Source of the DNA: Lama glama
Lineage: Eukaryota
Assembly (NCBI GenBank): GCA_028534125.1
Contig: CM052817.1
Location: 186,001-248,000 of the forward strand
Reading direction: 5' to 3'
DNA length: 62,000 nucleotides
In this document: positions 21,829 through 35,340 of the stretch, piece after piece
Layout: every line of letters begins with the position of its first letter
How positions within the stretch are numbered: the stretch's first letter is position 1
Translations under genes and position numbers: made by a program
The notes under the pieces: model-generated
Told to the model about the DNA's origin: nothing
Databases searched by the model: none
The model's input: the letters and a program-made list of their open reading frames with translations, nothing else

Positions 21829-24251
21829 CCCGCCCTCATGGTCGAGACAGCTGGGCAAGGGGGCAGCTTTGGCGGCCACCCTGCACCACAAGGGCAGCCT
21901 CTCCTCCCACTTCCCCAAGACCTGGGGCAGGGTGGGCACCTCTCTGATTAACTGGAGGCTCCTCGGAGGGGTGGACCAGATTCTGGAGACCGGAATGGTG
22001 AGGCCAGGAGGACGTGGGGCTCCCCAGGCTCAGGCATCCAGAACATATAGGACTCTCCTTGTCCATAAGGGGATGGGGGTGCAGGGGGTGATCAGCATTG
22101 CCCTCTCTTCCCTGCACAACCCCACATCTGGCCAGGCGACTGCCACCTCCTTGAGGTCTGTGGCCACCCAGGAAGGGCCCCCACCCGGCAGACTCAACTC
22201 TGTGGTGTCTGTATGCTCCCCAACACACCCCACACATTCCCTGTAGGCCGACTAGTCCTGCCTGCTTAGTCCCACCACAGCGGGAGAAGTGACCTGCAGG
22301 GTGGGGTGGGGGCCCAGCTCTGACCCCAGCTCTAGCAATGACTCAGCAGACATCACAGCGCCCCCCTGGGCGGGCAAGACCAGAACCCTGGATATGCACA
22401 CTGAGGCCTGGTAGGGACAAGACCTCTGTGGCTGGTGGGGCCACGGCGGGTCTGGGAGCTGGCAGAGGTGAGGGGTGGCCTGGGGCCTGGAGGGGGTTCA
22501 GAAGATGATCAGCCCACCCAAGGGGGCCCCAGGTAGGGAGTTGCTCGTCTAGGGAAGTAGGACCCCAGGTGAGGGGACCCCAGTGACACCAGGCTGGAGG
22601 GTATTTCCATGTGGCCACCCCAGAAGCATGTGATCCATCACCTGACCCTGGCTGGGGAAGTTTGGTGAGGGTCACCCTGCCCTCTGCTGCCCATGGAGCT
22701 GCAACCTCCCACTCCCACTGGGACTCACTCTGTGACCCAAAGTCCCACCAGGTGCTCCTGAGAAAGAGAAGACCCTGGAGCTGATGCCTTTTCATCACTC
22801 ATTCACTAGCTCAGCAGCCAGAGGGTGGAGGACAGCGTTAGCCGGTGGTAACAGCCCAGCGCAGACAGTCAAAGCTCCCAGCCAATGGGAGCAGCCCAGT
22901 GCAGACAAAGCTCCTGCCCCCGGGGCAAGTGGGTGGGGACCAGCAAACAGATAAAAAGTATGAGTGTGTTGAAGGAGGGCAGGTGGGGGAGCAAAATAAA
23001 CGCAGGGAGGGGGTGGGGAGGGGAAGGGAGAGAGGTGCCTCCGGAAGCTCCAGGGATAAGCAGCCGTGCCAAGGCCCTGGGGCAGGGGCAAGGGGAGGGG
23101 TGGGGCCTACAAGCAGAGCCGTGGGGGAAGAGGTCACCACGCACCTTGGGCTGGGGCCCAGGAGGAAATGGGGGCCACTGGAGGGTTTGAAGAGAGGAGG
23201 GACGGGGGCACTTTCATGTTAAAGATAAAATGAGCCGAGTGTGCTATCACACGGACTCACACGATCCGCCTCTACCCGCCCCCACCTCCGCCTCGGCACC
23301 CAGGCCACATCCACACCTGGGCCCCAGGAGAGTTCCCAAGGCTCTGGGTTGGGGCTCACTGGGTGCTGGGGAGGCCATCCCCACAGCCCCACACCCTGCA
23401 CACCCCAGGGGGCTCCGAGGCCTGTCCACACTTTGTGACCTGTTTATGAGGCCTGAGAGCTGGGATCAACAAGTTCACCTCCCGATTCCCCACCGGGTGT
23501 CCACGTGGGGTGAAGCCATGGCCAGCTGGGTGGTTGAATGCAGATGGACAGATGGACAGGCGCTCCAAACACAGCTGCTCCAGCCCTCTCCTCACCCCTC
23601 CCCTCCCCTCCCCTCCCCTCCCCATCTCAGTGTCTCTGCCCCTCCCTCAGCTCCCTCACCCCACCACTCCAGCCCACCTTGGACTGGCCAGAGCAGCTGC
23701 CCAAGGCCTGCCCTCTCCCGGCCCCTCTTACCCTCTGACCCAGCCGCTGGACGGACAACTGAGGCTGTGCAGTAGACATACCCCTGCAGCACAGCTCAGC
23801 CTCCCACGCCCGCCCTGCCCTGGGCCTTGGTTTCCCACCTGTGACAGGCATGAGGCTCTGGCTGCCCCGGGCACGAGGGACAGTCACCCAGGTGACTCTG
23901 GAAAAGACCGTGGTCTCCAGCTTGCAGCCATCCCGATCCAGACCTTGCAGCCCTCACACCTTGTTGTTAACCTCGGAAGGTCTGAGGCCTACAATGGGTG
24001 GTCAGGTGCATCCCCCACCCAGGGTTTGCCTGTGGACCCACTGCCACAGCAGCCCTGCCCTCTCCCTCCCTCCAGGGCCGGCCTCTCCTCCAGGCACTTG
24101 GGGGCAGTCCTGGGAGACCCCAGTCCCGGTGAGCCTGCATGACAGACGTGGGCACTGGGGGCACGGGGCCTCACCATTCCTGCTCCTTCCCGTGGTGAGG
24201 CCACCTCCTCCGGGAGCCCCGTGGGACTGTCCCAGGGGGCGGGGTACCCAC

Positions 24252-24427
24252 CTTGTCGCGGATGCCCTGCCGCATGGCCTCGCGCTCCGCCTCCATCTTG
24301 GCGTACTTGGCCTTGCGCTCCTCTTCCTCCTGCCGCAGCGCCTCCTGCCGCTCCTCCTCCTTCTTGGCTGCGTCGGGGTCCTTCTCCTCATCACCCCCTA
24401 GCATCTTCCCCATGTCCTTGGTGGCCC
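24252..24427 (-). CDS. CPLX1: Complexin-1 middle coding exon (accessory and central SNARE-binding helix)
   Basis: Acceptor tgtgcccag|GG GCC, donor AAG|gtgggt; 176 nt, phase 1-0; (G)[58 protein letters not shown]. Confidence 0.97.
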
Positions 24428-27049
24428 CTGGGCACAGGAGGGCACCAGTCAGCCAGGCCCCAGCTCTGCGGCCTGCCCCACCCACCCCGTCCCTTTTCTG
24501 TCCCTGGGCAGTGCGGCTGTGTATGTGTGTGTGAACCCAGGGGTGGTGTGTCTGTGGATATATGCGTATGGCTGTGCGTGTGTGGTTGTGTATCTGCATG
24601 GTTGTGTGTGTGTGTGGGCCCCGCGGGGTGGTGTGTGTCTCTGGGTCTGGGTGCAGCAGGGGCTCAGCCTCCGAGGGGCAGGGGGGCCAGAAGCGCCCAG
24701 GACGGGCGTGTGGCGGGCCCCTGGGTGTGCCAGGCAGGGCAGCCGCTGGCCTGGAGCTGCTGGCAACTGCTCTGGTCACGGCAGCAAGGCCCTAATTTCT
24801 CCGCCTTGCCAGCCACCACTTTCCTCATGAGCTCCTGATTCACAGGCAACAATAAACACCTCCCGGACACACTCCGTGGCTCAGCCCACAGGACAAGACA
24901 TGTAATTACAGCCTCGGAGCGCAGCCCTGGCCCTTAGCACCTGGGGAGCACAGCAGCGGCCGCCAGCATCGCAGTGGGAGGGAAGCGCACTGGTTAGCGC
25001 TGTGGGTCAGTGATCTCAGCCCCGGGCAGCCGGTCCCGCAGAAGCCCCCACATACCCACACCCCTCGGTAGGGGTGAAGCCAGCTATCCAATCACCCCAG
25101 GTGCTCCCTTGGGAGGGGAGCACAGTCTGGGCTGCTCCCCACACCTGCCATCCTGTCTCTGTGTGTCTGTGTGTCTGTCTCTGTCTGTGGTTGTGCATCT
25201 GTGGTTGTGTGTCTGCTGTGGTTGTGTGTGTGTCCCCCAGCTATGCCCTCCCGTCTATTCCCTGCCGCCCCAACATGGGCTCCGAAGGTCCCACCTCTAT
25301 CCTCTCACCCTTGACGACCCCTCACATGTGCTGCCCAAGGCTGGCTGAGTCCAGGCTCGGGAACAGGCCCGTGTTTGGAAGGGCCCCCAGCTCTGTCCTG
25401 CCCGCTTGTCTCTGAGCCGGTGACCACTCGGCTTTTCCACTCTGAGGCCCGTGGCGCTCCGGGTGCTGCGCCCTGCTCTGTTACGGCACAGGTCCGCGCA
25501 ACACCGAGTCCAGAGAAACTCCCTTTCCTGCAGATATTTGCACCACATGCTGCCTTTGCCAGGGACTCAGGAGTGAACCCCCCTGCCCCTGCCACCCATC
25601 GTGGAAGGCCAGCAGCTGGTGGGGGGAAGGGAACAACTTATGGTTGACTGCTCTGGGCTGAAACTGGACATCCGTCAGGCTGGGCCATGCCTACACCACG
25701 TGGGCCCTCCTAGCTGCCGGAAACCACTGCGGAGGGGGGCCAGGGCCCAGGCCAACCTGCCACCACTGTCACGGTGGGGATGGAAGCCTGCCCGGGACAG
25801 TGGCCAATGGCACAGACACAGATTCTCACACAAACCCAGAGCCTCACGGTCAGTTTCAGACACACCTGCACAACTTTGCAAAGCAGATTTTGAGCCAGTG
25901 ACTCAAGGGAAAGTAGGTCATAAACCAAGCTGCCGATTGACAGGCTCCTCCAGCAGGTCCCAGGTGACGAGGCCACAGCCTCTCACCCCTGGCACTGCTG
26001 TCCCTGGCAGCTGGGAGGGGGAGGCAGGGGCTGGCCCCCGCCATCCAGCCCCCTCCACCTGCACATCGGTGGACCCTTTAATGCAAATGCCCCCAACAAG
26101 CTCGTTCACACGAACGTGAGAGTGCCTGAAAGCTCTGTCTCCCTCAGGAGAGTGCCTGCGTCCCACTCAGTCTCGTCCACATCTCTCTCCTGGGAGGGAG
26201 TGCGTAGTTGCTGCAGTGGGGGCTGGAGGGGCCACCCTGACGGGCAGGTTGGAGCCCAAATCTTGCTCCCCCAACACATCATGTGGGCCACAGGCCTGCT
26301 GAGCAAATGGGCATTGACTGAGCACCAGCTGTGTGCTGAGCTCTGCTCCACCAGGAGCTGACCCTCCTGGCTCCGGACCCGGCATCCGTGTCCTGCCTCC
26401 ACTTGACCTCTGGGCTGGCCCACGTGGCCCAAGAGGAGGAGGCAGAGGAGGCCAAGGGAGGAGCCGCCCCAGCAGGCCGAGGGGAGAGCTGGGGGCCGGG
26501 TGGCCTCTCCTCGGCCAGGGGCAGCGGACCGGTGTACATTCCCACTGGCGGGCAGGCTGCTGAGCCACTCTCAGTCTGTGTGGGACCTGTTCTTGGGATG
26601 TCCACTGCGCCCCGACAGCCAGGGCCCAAGCTTCCAACTGCGGGAGGCTTGGGGTCCAGCAGCTGCCCTGTGCTGACCATGCAGGGGGTAGGGGCGGGAG
26701 CCAACGCCCCAGTCCCTTCCCTTGCTCTTCTCTGAGCTTCCACTTCTCGGGTGACTAGTGGAGGGGAACGCACAGGTCGGGGTGGCAGGTCCAAGTGCCT
26801 CCTCAGCAGTCAGGTGAAGCTCCGGGGGCACGACCCCCGTGCAGGGCAGGGCGGGGGCACCTTTCTATCCAGGGGTGGGTCCCCTACTGGGGGGGCAGGT
26901 TCTGCAGAAGCCCCACAGCTGGACTCCCCACACCTGGAGCAGTGCCCAGCACTTGGTAAGTCTCAGCGAGTATCCGACAAATAGTAAGTTTTTAAAATTT
27001 AAGAGACTGATGTCAGGTTCTCAGCCACAAACGAAACCTTAGGAAGCCC

Positions 27050-28930
27050 TGCAGCTAACATCACAGTCTGCGATGAGGTACTGAGCGCTCTTCAGCAAAG
27101 GACGCTCCTGGTCCCCTGGTGCTGGGGGCCTGGCCGTGGCACTAAGGCAAGAGAAGGACGAAAGCTTAAAGATTGAAGAGGAAGCAAAAACTGTCTTTAT
27201 TAACAAACAACATACCATCTATGCAGAAAATTCGAAGGACTCTCCACACCACCGTTGGAACCAGGGAGTGACTCTGGCAAGGCCACAAGCTACGCGGTCA
27301 GCTCCACACACGGCCTAGCAGCTGGAGGGTGACACTTACAGACGGCGCCACGAGCCATCCTGACAGAGCACGACGTGTCTGTGACTGTGTGTTTAATAGA
27401 TGCGCAAGCCTGTTTTGCCTGAAATTACAGAATTGTTGCCAGAAGTTAAAACGACCCGAAAGAACAGGGTGACGCGCCGTGTTCACGGGCTCGTCCCTGC
27501 CATGAAGTCGGGGTCTTCTGACTGATCCGTAGATTCAGTGCAGTCCCAAACAAAATACAAACAGGCTCTTTTGAATAAATTCACTGCCTGATTCTGAAGT
27601 GTACGTGGAAATGGCAGAACGTCTAAAGTAGATGAAACAACTCTGCAGACGGAGAACAACTTCAGAGGACTCAACGCTGCTTGCTTTCAAGATTTCCTGC
27701 AGCTGAGACAGCACGGTATTGACAAAGAATTGACATTTGGATCCGCGGAACAGAGCAGGCAGTCCAGAAACAGACCGACTCATACATGGCCAGTTGACTT
27801 TTCGACAAAGCTGCAAAGATAATTCAGTGAGGAGAGGACAGTCTTTTCATAAGTGGCCCTGAAACAAGGAGAGGTTCCCACACAAGCAAATGAGCAAGCT
27901 TCTCCCCTTGCCGCACGCCTTCCGTGGGGCTCGGTAACAGACGTAATGTGAAAACCAAAAGGGCAGCATTTCCACAGGAAAGCACGAGAGAAGACTCCCC
28001 GTGACCCTGACCTAGGTAACGATTCCTGACACAGGTGACAAAAAGCATGGACCTTGAAAGGAAACTTTGATAAACTGGACTTCACCAACATTAAAAACTT
28101 TCGTTCTTCAAAAGACACTGTTAGAAAGAAAGAAAAGAAAAGGCTAGTCTGAGAGAGTGTATTTGCAAACCATGAGTTTGACAGAGGGCCCTTACCCAGA
28201 ATACGTGAGGAGCTCTCACAGCTCAGCGACAAGAACACGAAACACCTGATTTTCAAGTAGAAGATTTGAACATTTCCCCACAGAAGAGCTACAGACGACA
28301 GCTGAGCACGAAGGAGACGCGCTGGCTGTGACAGACAGAGCTGGTCCACGTGAGGGGCCACTAAGGACACAAACACAGTCACGGGCGGCACCACTGCACG
28401 GCTACTCAGACGTCGACAGCGAGGGAGATGGGCCACAGCAAGTGCTGGGAGGCCCTGGAGCGGCCAGCACCCTCGGCCACTGCTGGTGGGCGGGTGCGTG
28501 GTGTGAGCGGCTTGGCATATTCTTACAAAGTTACATGGGCACCCACCACGTGGCCAGCAACCCCACTCCTAGACATTTACCCAAGAGAAACGGGGACGTA
28601 AGTTCACTAACCCCCAGCCGCGGGGATGCGCAGCCTAACCTGTAAAAGCCCACACCAGAGCCACCCCCGTGTCCATCAGCAGGTGAAAGGTGGTCCGTCC
28701 ACGCAGGGGCACTGGTGCTCACAGCACCCTGGGAGAGTCTCAACATCTTCACATGTGAAAAAAGCCAAGCACAAATGATACGATCTCATTTCTGTACACA
28801 GAAGAGCAAACCCGTGCATGGTGACCACGAGCACATCGGGGCCCAGGGCGGACGGCAGGCGGACTGCAAAGGGGCCGCAAGACAGTCGGAACGCACAGAA
28901 AGGGACTGTGCGGCAGTTGCCATGCCTACG
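27050..28930 (+). mobile_element. Old L1 ORF2 3' portion and 3'UTR, heavily diverged
   Basis: agattcagtgcagtccc, ttgactttcgacaaagctgcaaag, tgataaactggacttcaccaacattaaaaactt, ccactcctagacatttacccaagagaaa are L1 hallmarks. Confidence 0.85.
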
Positions 28931-28999
28931 TCGCACCGCAACCAAACCGACCGGAGTCCCCAGCAAAACAGACACCAGAGACTGCACAGACCGTCCGGC

Positions 29000-30950
29000 T
29001 GCTCATCGCCCAGTCAAACCACAGACAAACCACTGGAGAGACGACCAACCCGAACTTTGTAAGTTTCCGTTTTAGAAACATGCACCTAATTAACCCTTAG
29101 ATTGAGGGGAAATAAAAACTGAAGCTGCAAAAATGCTAGAAAGCAATGAAAAATAACTTTATATCTAAACTTAGGATCCGTGGCTAAAAGTGGTTTGGGA
29201 AGAAAACTCTTAACCTTCAGTTTTAAAGAAGGAAAACAGAAAGGATAGGCACTTTATTATTATCTTTTAAAAAACGCTAAAAGAAGACAACACGCAATCC
29301 AAAATAAGACAGGCAGAGAGAGGCAATGAAGACAAATGCTGCAACTGCAGAAGAAAACAAATAAAAATGACGAGTGGGTGAATCTCCTCACGGAGAATCA
29401 AGAGCACAGCGCACAGGCCTGACTGAGCGCTAAGCGCGGGGCTTCGGAGGCCGCACTGAGCTGCACGCAGAAGCGAAATGATGAGCATGCACCACGAAAG
29501 AAGACACAAACTCTCTCTCCCCACTCGCCTCTCTGCTGGTGACATGATCGTGGACCGAAGACACACACAGCACTCTGGCGAGAACCCACCGCAGCCCATC
29601 ACGGCCTGCAGCAGAATGGCTAACGGCAGTATTTCTGGGTAAAAGTTGATTTTGAGAATTTCCCCATACTTTTAGTAACAAGCTAGAAACTAAGTGGAGA
29701 CCATAGTCCATTTACAATAATTGTAAAAATGGAAAATACTCAGGAATCAGTTCAGCAGAGAGCTCTGCAGCACCTGTGTGTAGACGTGTCATCTCCTGGA
29801 ATGTGACGGCTTTGAACAGACACGCTAGACTTTGGTGGGCAGGTTTACTGTCATAAGATGCCAGTTACTCCAAAGTTAATCCATAATTGTAGGCAACCTG
29901 GATTACACTTCCAATTTAAACTCCAACAACCCTTTCTTTTTTCCTTTTTGGGTTAAGTTAAGACTCCTGTGGCAGAATGAACGTCAGAGGAGATCTGATC
30001 CCAGTGACATAAGGATGGGAGGGGCCACCCTCGCTGTGGGTCCCAGAAATTCCAGGAGAGTGCCAGACAGCCAGAAGGTCATTGACTGGAGATGTTTTCA
30101 GTGTGATGATGTCTCTTCCTGGGGGGTCTGGGAAGGCGCCCCTCACAGGCTGTGGGGAGAAGGGTGTCCCAGCGGGCTGGACCAGCAATCACATTCTTAA
30201 GCACATTTAGGATTCAGCCCAGCTACCCGACCCCTGCACCCACCCCTCACAGGACAAGCACCCACGCTGCCCACTTGTCTCCGCTGTGGCCCTTGCAAGT
30301 GGCTGGAGATGAGCACATGGCCACACGCCACCATCACCCAGTCAGGGAGCCCCAGGTGGTCGTGAGAGCCAGGCGCAGACACGCTATGTCGCACATGCCA
30401 CTGGAAAACCAAGGAGGAAAAACCCTACGTGAAATCCCTCTCCCGAGCTAGAAAACTCGGGTGAAACCACAGTCCCTGCGTCTCTGGGAGCTGGAGAGCG
30501 AGGCTGCGGTCTAGCGAGATCCTTGGGGTTACCACCCTGCAAATCCCTGGTGCACCCTGCTCCAGACCGCGGCCCGCCGGGCACAGGGACGGGCAGCCCG
30601 CTCCAGGCGAGAGGATGGAAGAAAGTGTAAAGCTGTGCAAATCCAGGAAAAACGAGTGAGAAATAGCTGCAGGTCGGGAGGACATTAAAATGATCGGCGA
30701 GTACAGTCACACTGTATCCTTACATATTTGAAAACTTGAATGAAGTAGATTTTCTAAAAAAGTGTTGTCAGAAACTGAGAACCACATCTAAGAATTCACA
30801 GATGGAGCCTCTCAGATATTCAAGAAGCAGATAATTCGCTGATATTTAGAATGTCCTTGGAAGGGAGGAAAAGAAGGAAATCCTCTGGGTTATTTTTGTG
30901 AAACCAGCATAAGAACGATGCCGAGGGTGGACCGGGCTCCCGCGCAAATA
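29000..30950 (+). mobile_element. Fragmented old L1 pieces, probably with an LTR-like insert near 29970-30200
   Basis: A-rich L1 ORF2-like segments (atatctaaacttaggatccgtggctaaaagtgg; tttgaaaacttgaatgaagtagat); internal structure unresolved. Confidence 0.5.
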
Positions 30951-31388
30951 GCCGCGCAAAGTGCCACCCAGAGACGGGAAGTGAAGTTTGGCACTTCTTA
31001 CGGAGTGGCACTTCTACATTCTGTAGGAGACAGAATGTGTGCTCAATGGAGCTCATGTTCGGGAAGGAAAGATGCTTCAAGCAGACAGTAGTTACTGGCC
31101 TGGCACCGCCCAGACACATAGCCCCCTCGTGGAGCAGCGGGGCGTCCCAGCACCTGCGCTCGCCCTCCTGTCCCTCAGAGGGTGCGGAGCTGGACACGGC
31201 CCTCCTCCCCGTGCTGGGCCAGGCAGGGTGGGATGAAGCTGTCATTCCCCCCGGGGCTGCCTGTTCTCTGCCACCTCCCCAATCCTGCCTCCAGTGGGGA
31301 GCCGGGCCTCAGGTGCTGCGGTCCACTCTTGTGACCATGGCATGACCATCACAAAGGCAGGCGTCCTTGGGAGAACAGCCCATTCTGG

Positions 31389-32650
31389 CTTTTTTGAACT
31401 GAAGTACAGTCAGTTACAATGTGTCAGTTCCGGGTGTTCAGCACAATGTCCCAGTCATGCATAGACATAAATATACTTGTCTTCATATTCTTTTCCATTA
31501 AAGGTTATTACAAGATATTGAATATAGTTCCCTGTGCTCTACAGAAGAAACTTGTTCTTTCTTTTTTTTGTTGTTTTTACTTTTTTTTTAATTGAGTTAT
31601 AGTCATTTTACAATGTGGTGTCAATTTCCAGTGCAGAGCACCATTTTTCAGTTATACATGAACATACACACATTCATTGTCGCATTCTTTTTCGCTGTGA
31701 GCCATCACAGGATCCTGTATATATTTCCCTGTGCTGTACAGTACAATCTTGTTTATCTATTCTGCATATGCCTGTCAGTATCTACAAATTTTGAACTCCC
31801 AGCCTGTCTCTTCCCACCCCCGTCCCCCTGGCATCCACAAGTTTGTATTCTGTGCCTATGAGTCTGTTTCTCTTTTGTATTTATGTTCTCTCTCTCTTTT
31901 TTTTTTTTAGATTCCACATATGAGCGATATCATAGGGTATTTTTCTTTCTCTTTCTGGCTTACTTCACTTAGAATGACATTCTCCAGGAACATCCATGTT
32001 GCTGCAAATGGTGTTATGTTGTCAGTTTTTATGGCTAAGTAGTATTCCACTGTATAAATATACCACATCTTCTTTATCCAGTTATCCATTGATGGACATT
32101 TAGGCTGTTTCCATGTCTTGGCTATTGTAAAAAGTGCTGCTATGAACACTGGGGTGCAGGTGTCATCCTGAAGTAGGGTTCCTTCTGGATATAAGCCCAG
32201 AAGTGGGATTCCTGGGTCATATGGTAAGTCTATTCCTAGTTTTTTGAGGAATCTCCATACTGTTTTCCACAGCGGCTGCACCAAACTGCATTCCCCCCAG
32301 CAGTGAAGGAGGGTTCCCCTTTCTCCACAGCCTCTCCAGCATTTGTCATTTGTGGACTTTTGAATGATGGCCATTTTGACTGGTGTGAGATGATACCTCA
32401 TTTCTCTGATAATTAGTGGTATTGAGTGTTTTTTCATGTGCCTATCGATCATCTGTATGTCTCCATTGGAGATGTGCTTGTTTAGGTCTTCTGCCCATTT
32501 TTGAAACTTGTTTTTTTTTTAATCTATTTTTGTATATAGTGGCTAACATTTGCAAATCTCAAACTCCCAGATTTATTCCTTATGGAACCATAAGATTGTT
32601 TACTATGTCTGCAAGTCTGTTTCTGCTTTGTAGATGAGCTCATAGTGCCC
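31389..32650 (-). mobile_element. Short L1 3'UTR element (31389-31556 and 32503-32650) split by a younger L1
   Basis: Poly-T start, then tgaagtacagtcagttacaatgtg...gaatatagttccctgtgctctacagaagaaact, resuming at atctatttttgtatatagtggctaacatttgcaaatctc. Confidence 0.75.
31557..32502 (-). mobile_element. Young 5'-truncated L1 (ORF2 C-terminus, 3'UTR, polyA)
   Basis: Open ORF 31907-32452 ([15 protein letters not shown]...[18 protein letters not shown]...KQPKCPS...[11 protein letters not shown]) is the L1 ORF2 C-terminus; flanked by direct repeat GAAACTTGTT at 31547-31556 and 32503-32512. Confidence 0.95.
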
Positions 32651-32659
32651 TGACAATCC

Positions 32660-34895
32660 ATTCATAAAGCAGCTTTACAGAGGGATAATGGACTTTAAAT
32701 CGCTCCGATTGACCAACCGTGAAACCGTCACCAACATCAGGATACAGGACACGCTACATCCCTAAAGGTTCCTGGTGGCCTCGTGTGATCCCTCCCACCA
32801 GACTCTCCCCAGACAACTCTGATCCACTCGCTGACCCTGTCGATGACTGTGCGTTCTCCAGAGCTTGTCTCACTGCAGTCAGGGCCGCGTGGTGACTGTG
32901 TGGGGGTCCGGCTGCCTCTGAGACCTGTCCCCGCGGCTGAGCACCTGTGGCTCATAGACCGCTGGTGCCGAGAGGATGATGCCAGGCTTATCCGTCCACT
33001 GGTGACCCGCCCGCTGGCTGCTGGTGTCTGGGTTCCTCCCAGTCTGGTCTCTGTGAATGAAGTCGCCCTGAACATTCACGGCCAAGTCCGAGCGCGCACA
33101 TGGGGATGTTCCCAAGAGCGGACTCTGAGTTGCGTGGTAAGTCGAGGTTCCACCTTTAAGAACTGCCGAACTGCTTTCCAAAGTAGTGGCGCCACTGTAA
33201 ACTCCCACAGCAGCTACGAGGGTCCCAGGTTCTCCACATCCTTGTCGACATGTGCTGCCCCCATGCCCGTGGTTCTAACCGTCCCCGTGGGCGCAAGGCT
33301 GCTGCGGTGTCCCTCAGGACTAATGTTGCTAAGCGTCTTTCCATGTGCTTAGTAACAACTTTCATATTTTATTTGATGGAATCCCTACTCAAATCGTTTG
33401 CACACTTTCAAAAATAAGCTTTCGTCTTGGAATAATTTTAGGTTTACAGTAAATGATGAAGACAGTGCCGCATGGCCGGCAGGACGGGGAAGTCATATTC
33501 CCCATTGTCAACACATGACCCCAGCAAGGTGCACACGTCCGGTCGAGGGGCCCACACTGGCAGCACTGCCACCACCTGACCTCCTCGGTGTCCTTGTGCT
33601 CCAGGACCCCCCCCCACCGGGGAACGCACGCCGCAGTCCTTGGGGCCTCAGAGCGGTGACGGTTTCCCTGACTTCCCTTGTCTTGACGACCTTGCCAGTA
33701 CCGAGGAGTGTTTTCAGGAATTCTGTGCATCTCTCAGCTGCGACCTGGCTGATGCTTCTCTCTTGATTAGACGGGGCTCCGGGTTTGGAGGAAGACTCCG
33801 GGGGACCAAATGCCGGTCTCATCCCGGCTCGTCCGGCCGTGCTCTCATCGTGACCTGTCTGGATGCCCCAGCCTGGCCCGCTTTGGAGCCAAGGGCTGAG
33901 GCCCCCTCCCAGAGCTCCTGCCCCTTTCTTCAGTGGGTTGTTGGTCTTCTACTATAGAATGGTGCCCATTCTTCATATACTCTGGATGTAAGTCCAGTGT
34001 TATTTCCTTTCTTAGAGAACTAGCATAGCACATCATCCCTGCCCACCGTGTCGTTCACCTCTGTTCTGGTATTTATCGCTTCCTTCCCTCCGCTTACTTG
34101 GGGTTTCGTTTGACTTTCTTTCCCTAGTTTCTGATGTTAGTAGTTGAAGTTAATTATCTGAGGCCTTCTTTCGTTTCTGCTGAGGTGCTGGTGACACAAA
34201 TTTCCCTCCAAACACTGCTCTACGGATCCCACAGATTTTGGCTTTTCTTTACTTCGATTCAGTTCGCAGTACTTCCTAGCTTCCCGGTTGTCCCTTCTTG
34301 GTCCCATGGGCCGTTCGTCTGGGGAGGGGTTCCCGATACCTCCCTGTTATGAGTTTCTTGTTTCATCTCACTGCTGCCAAGGGCACATTTGGCACAACTG
34401 GAGTCTTGTACATTTATTGAGCCTGGCTCCATGGCCGAGAATAAGGTCCCTCTTGGTAAAAGCGCTGTGTGTGCTGTTTGGAGAGCCTGGAACGTCAGTG
34501 GGCCAGGCTGGTTGGCGGTTTGCTCAGGTGTGTGTGTCCTCACCGCCTCTCTGCTTGTCTGCTGTCGGCTGAGTGTCTCCCCCTGAACTTGTGACCTGTC
34601 TGTTTCTCCTTCACGTTTCATCCGTTCTGCTCCTGTGTTGTGAAGTTCAGTCATTACAAGTAACGGCCAGCTTCATTCCTGGTCATAATCTTTGCTCTGG
34701 ACTCCACTTTGTCTGGCATCAGCGTGGCCGTTCTGGACTTCTGACTAATGTTAGCAGGGCCCATCTTTTCCCATCTTTTTACTTTTCCCTGATTTGTGCC
34801 TTTGTGTTTCAAGTGGGTTTCCTACAGCCATCATAAAATTGGGCTTTGATTTTCTGCCCAGTCCAACAGTCTTCGCCTTTTTATGAGCATGAACC
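32660..34895 (-). mobile_element. Cluster of old L1 fragments (L1ME/L1MC-like 3' ends and ORF2)
   Basis: aagaactgccgaactgctttccaaagtagtgg; ggaataattttaggtttacagtaaa; cggatcccacagattttgg; ccatcttttcccatctttttactttt. Confidence 0.75.
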
Positions 34896-34899
34896 TGGC

Positions 34900-35340
34900 A
34901 GCAGGGGCCAAAAAAGCCGCAGACCCCAAGGCAGCTGTCAGAGTGAGAAGGAGACAGCCGGGACTGTGGGGGAATTATCCTTAAATTAAATATGGCTCTG
35001 ATCCCACTTAACAAAGCTTAAAAACAAGACAGGAACGACTCAAACTGACTCTAAATGACCCGACCACATCCTGAGCAACGTGAGTCTATTTAGGAAAACA
35101 GAACATCAGCACCAACAGGGCGACCTAACGCACGGCGTCTGGCCCGGCGAAGCCTACCAGGCCCGCGGGGCGGGGGGAGCACAGGCCCCCACGCGGGAGC
35201 CGCCCCCCATGCCCGGCCGGGGCCGAGCGTGTGAGTGCGCGCGGTGAAAACGCGTGGAAGACCACGAAGGCAGGCGGCGAACGTGTAAGTGGCAGGAAGC
35301 GCACCTAGAAGCCACAGGTCGTGAACGGCGGCAGCTGCTG
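34900..35340 (+). mobile_element. Old L1 5'-region fragment, distal part GC/CpG-enriched
   Basis: cccacttaacaaagcttaaaaacaagac...tcaaactgactc...cagcaccaacagg resembles the L1M 5' region leading into ORF1. Confidence 0.6.

Noticed and set aside
23594..23622. (CCCCT)n tract; also (GGGCA)n near 61084-61111 and TG/TC-rich tracts at 24500-24650 and 50900-51000
   Set aside because: Ordinary low-complexity sequence with no further structure.
31907..32452. 181-aa ORF as a host gene
   Set aside because: It is the C-terminus of L1 ORF2 in a 5'-truncated copy with TSDs.
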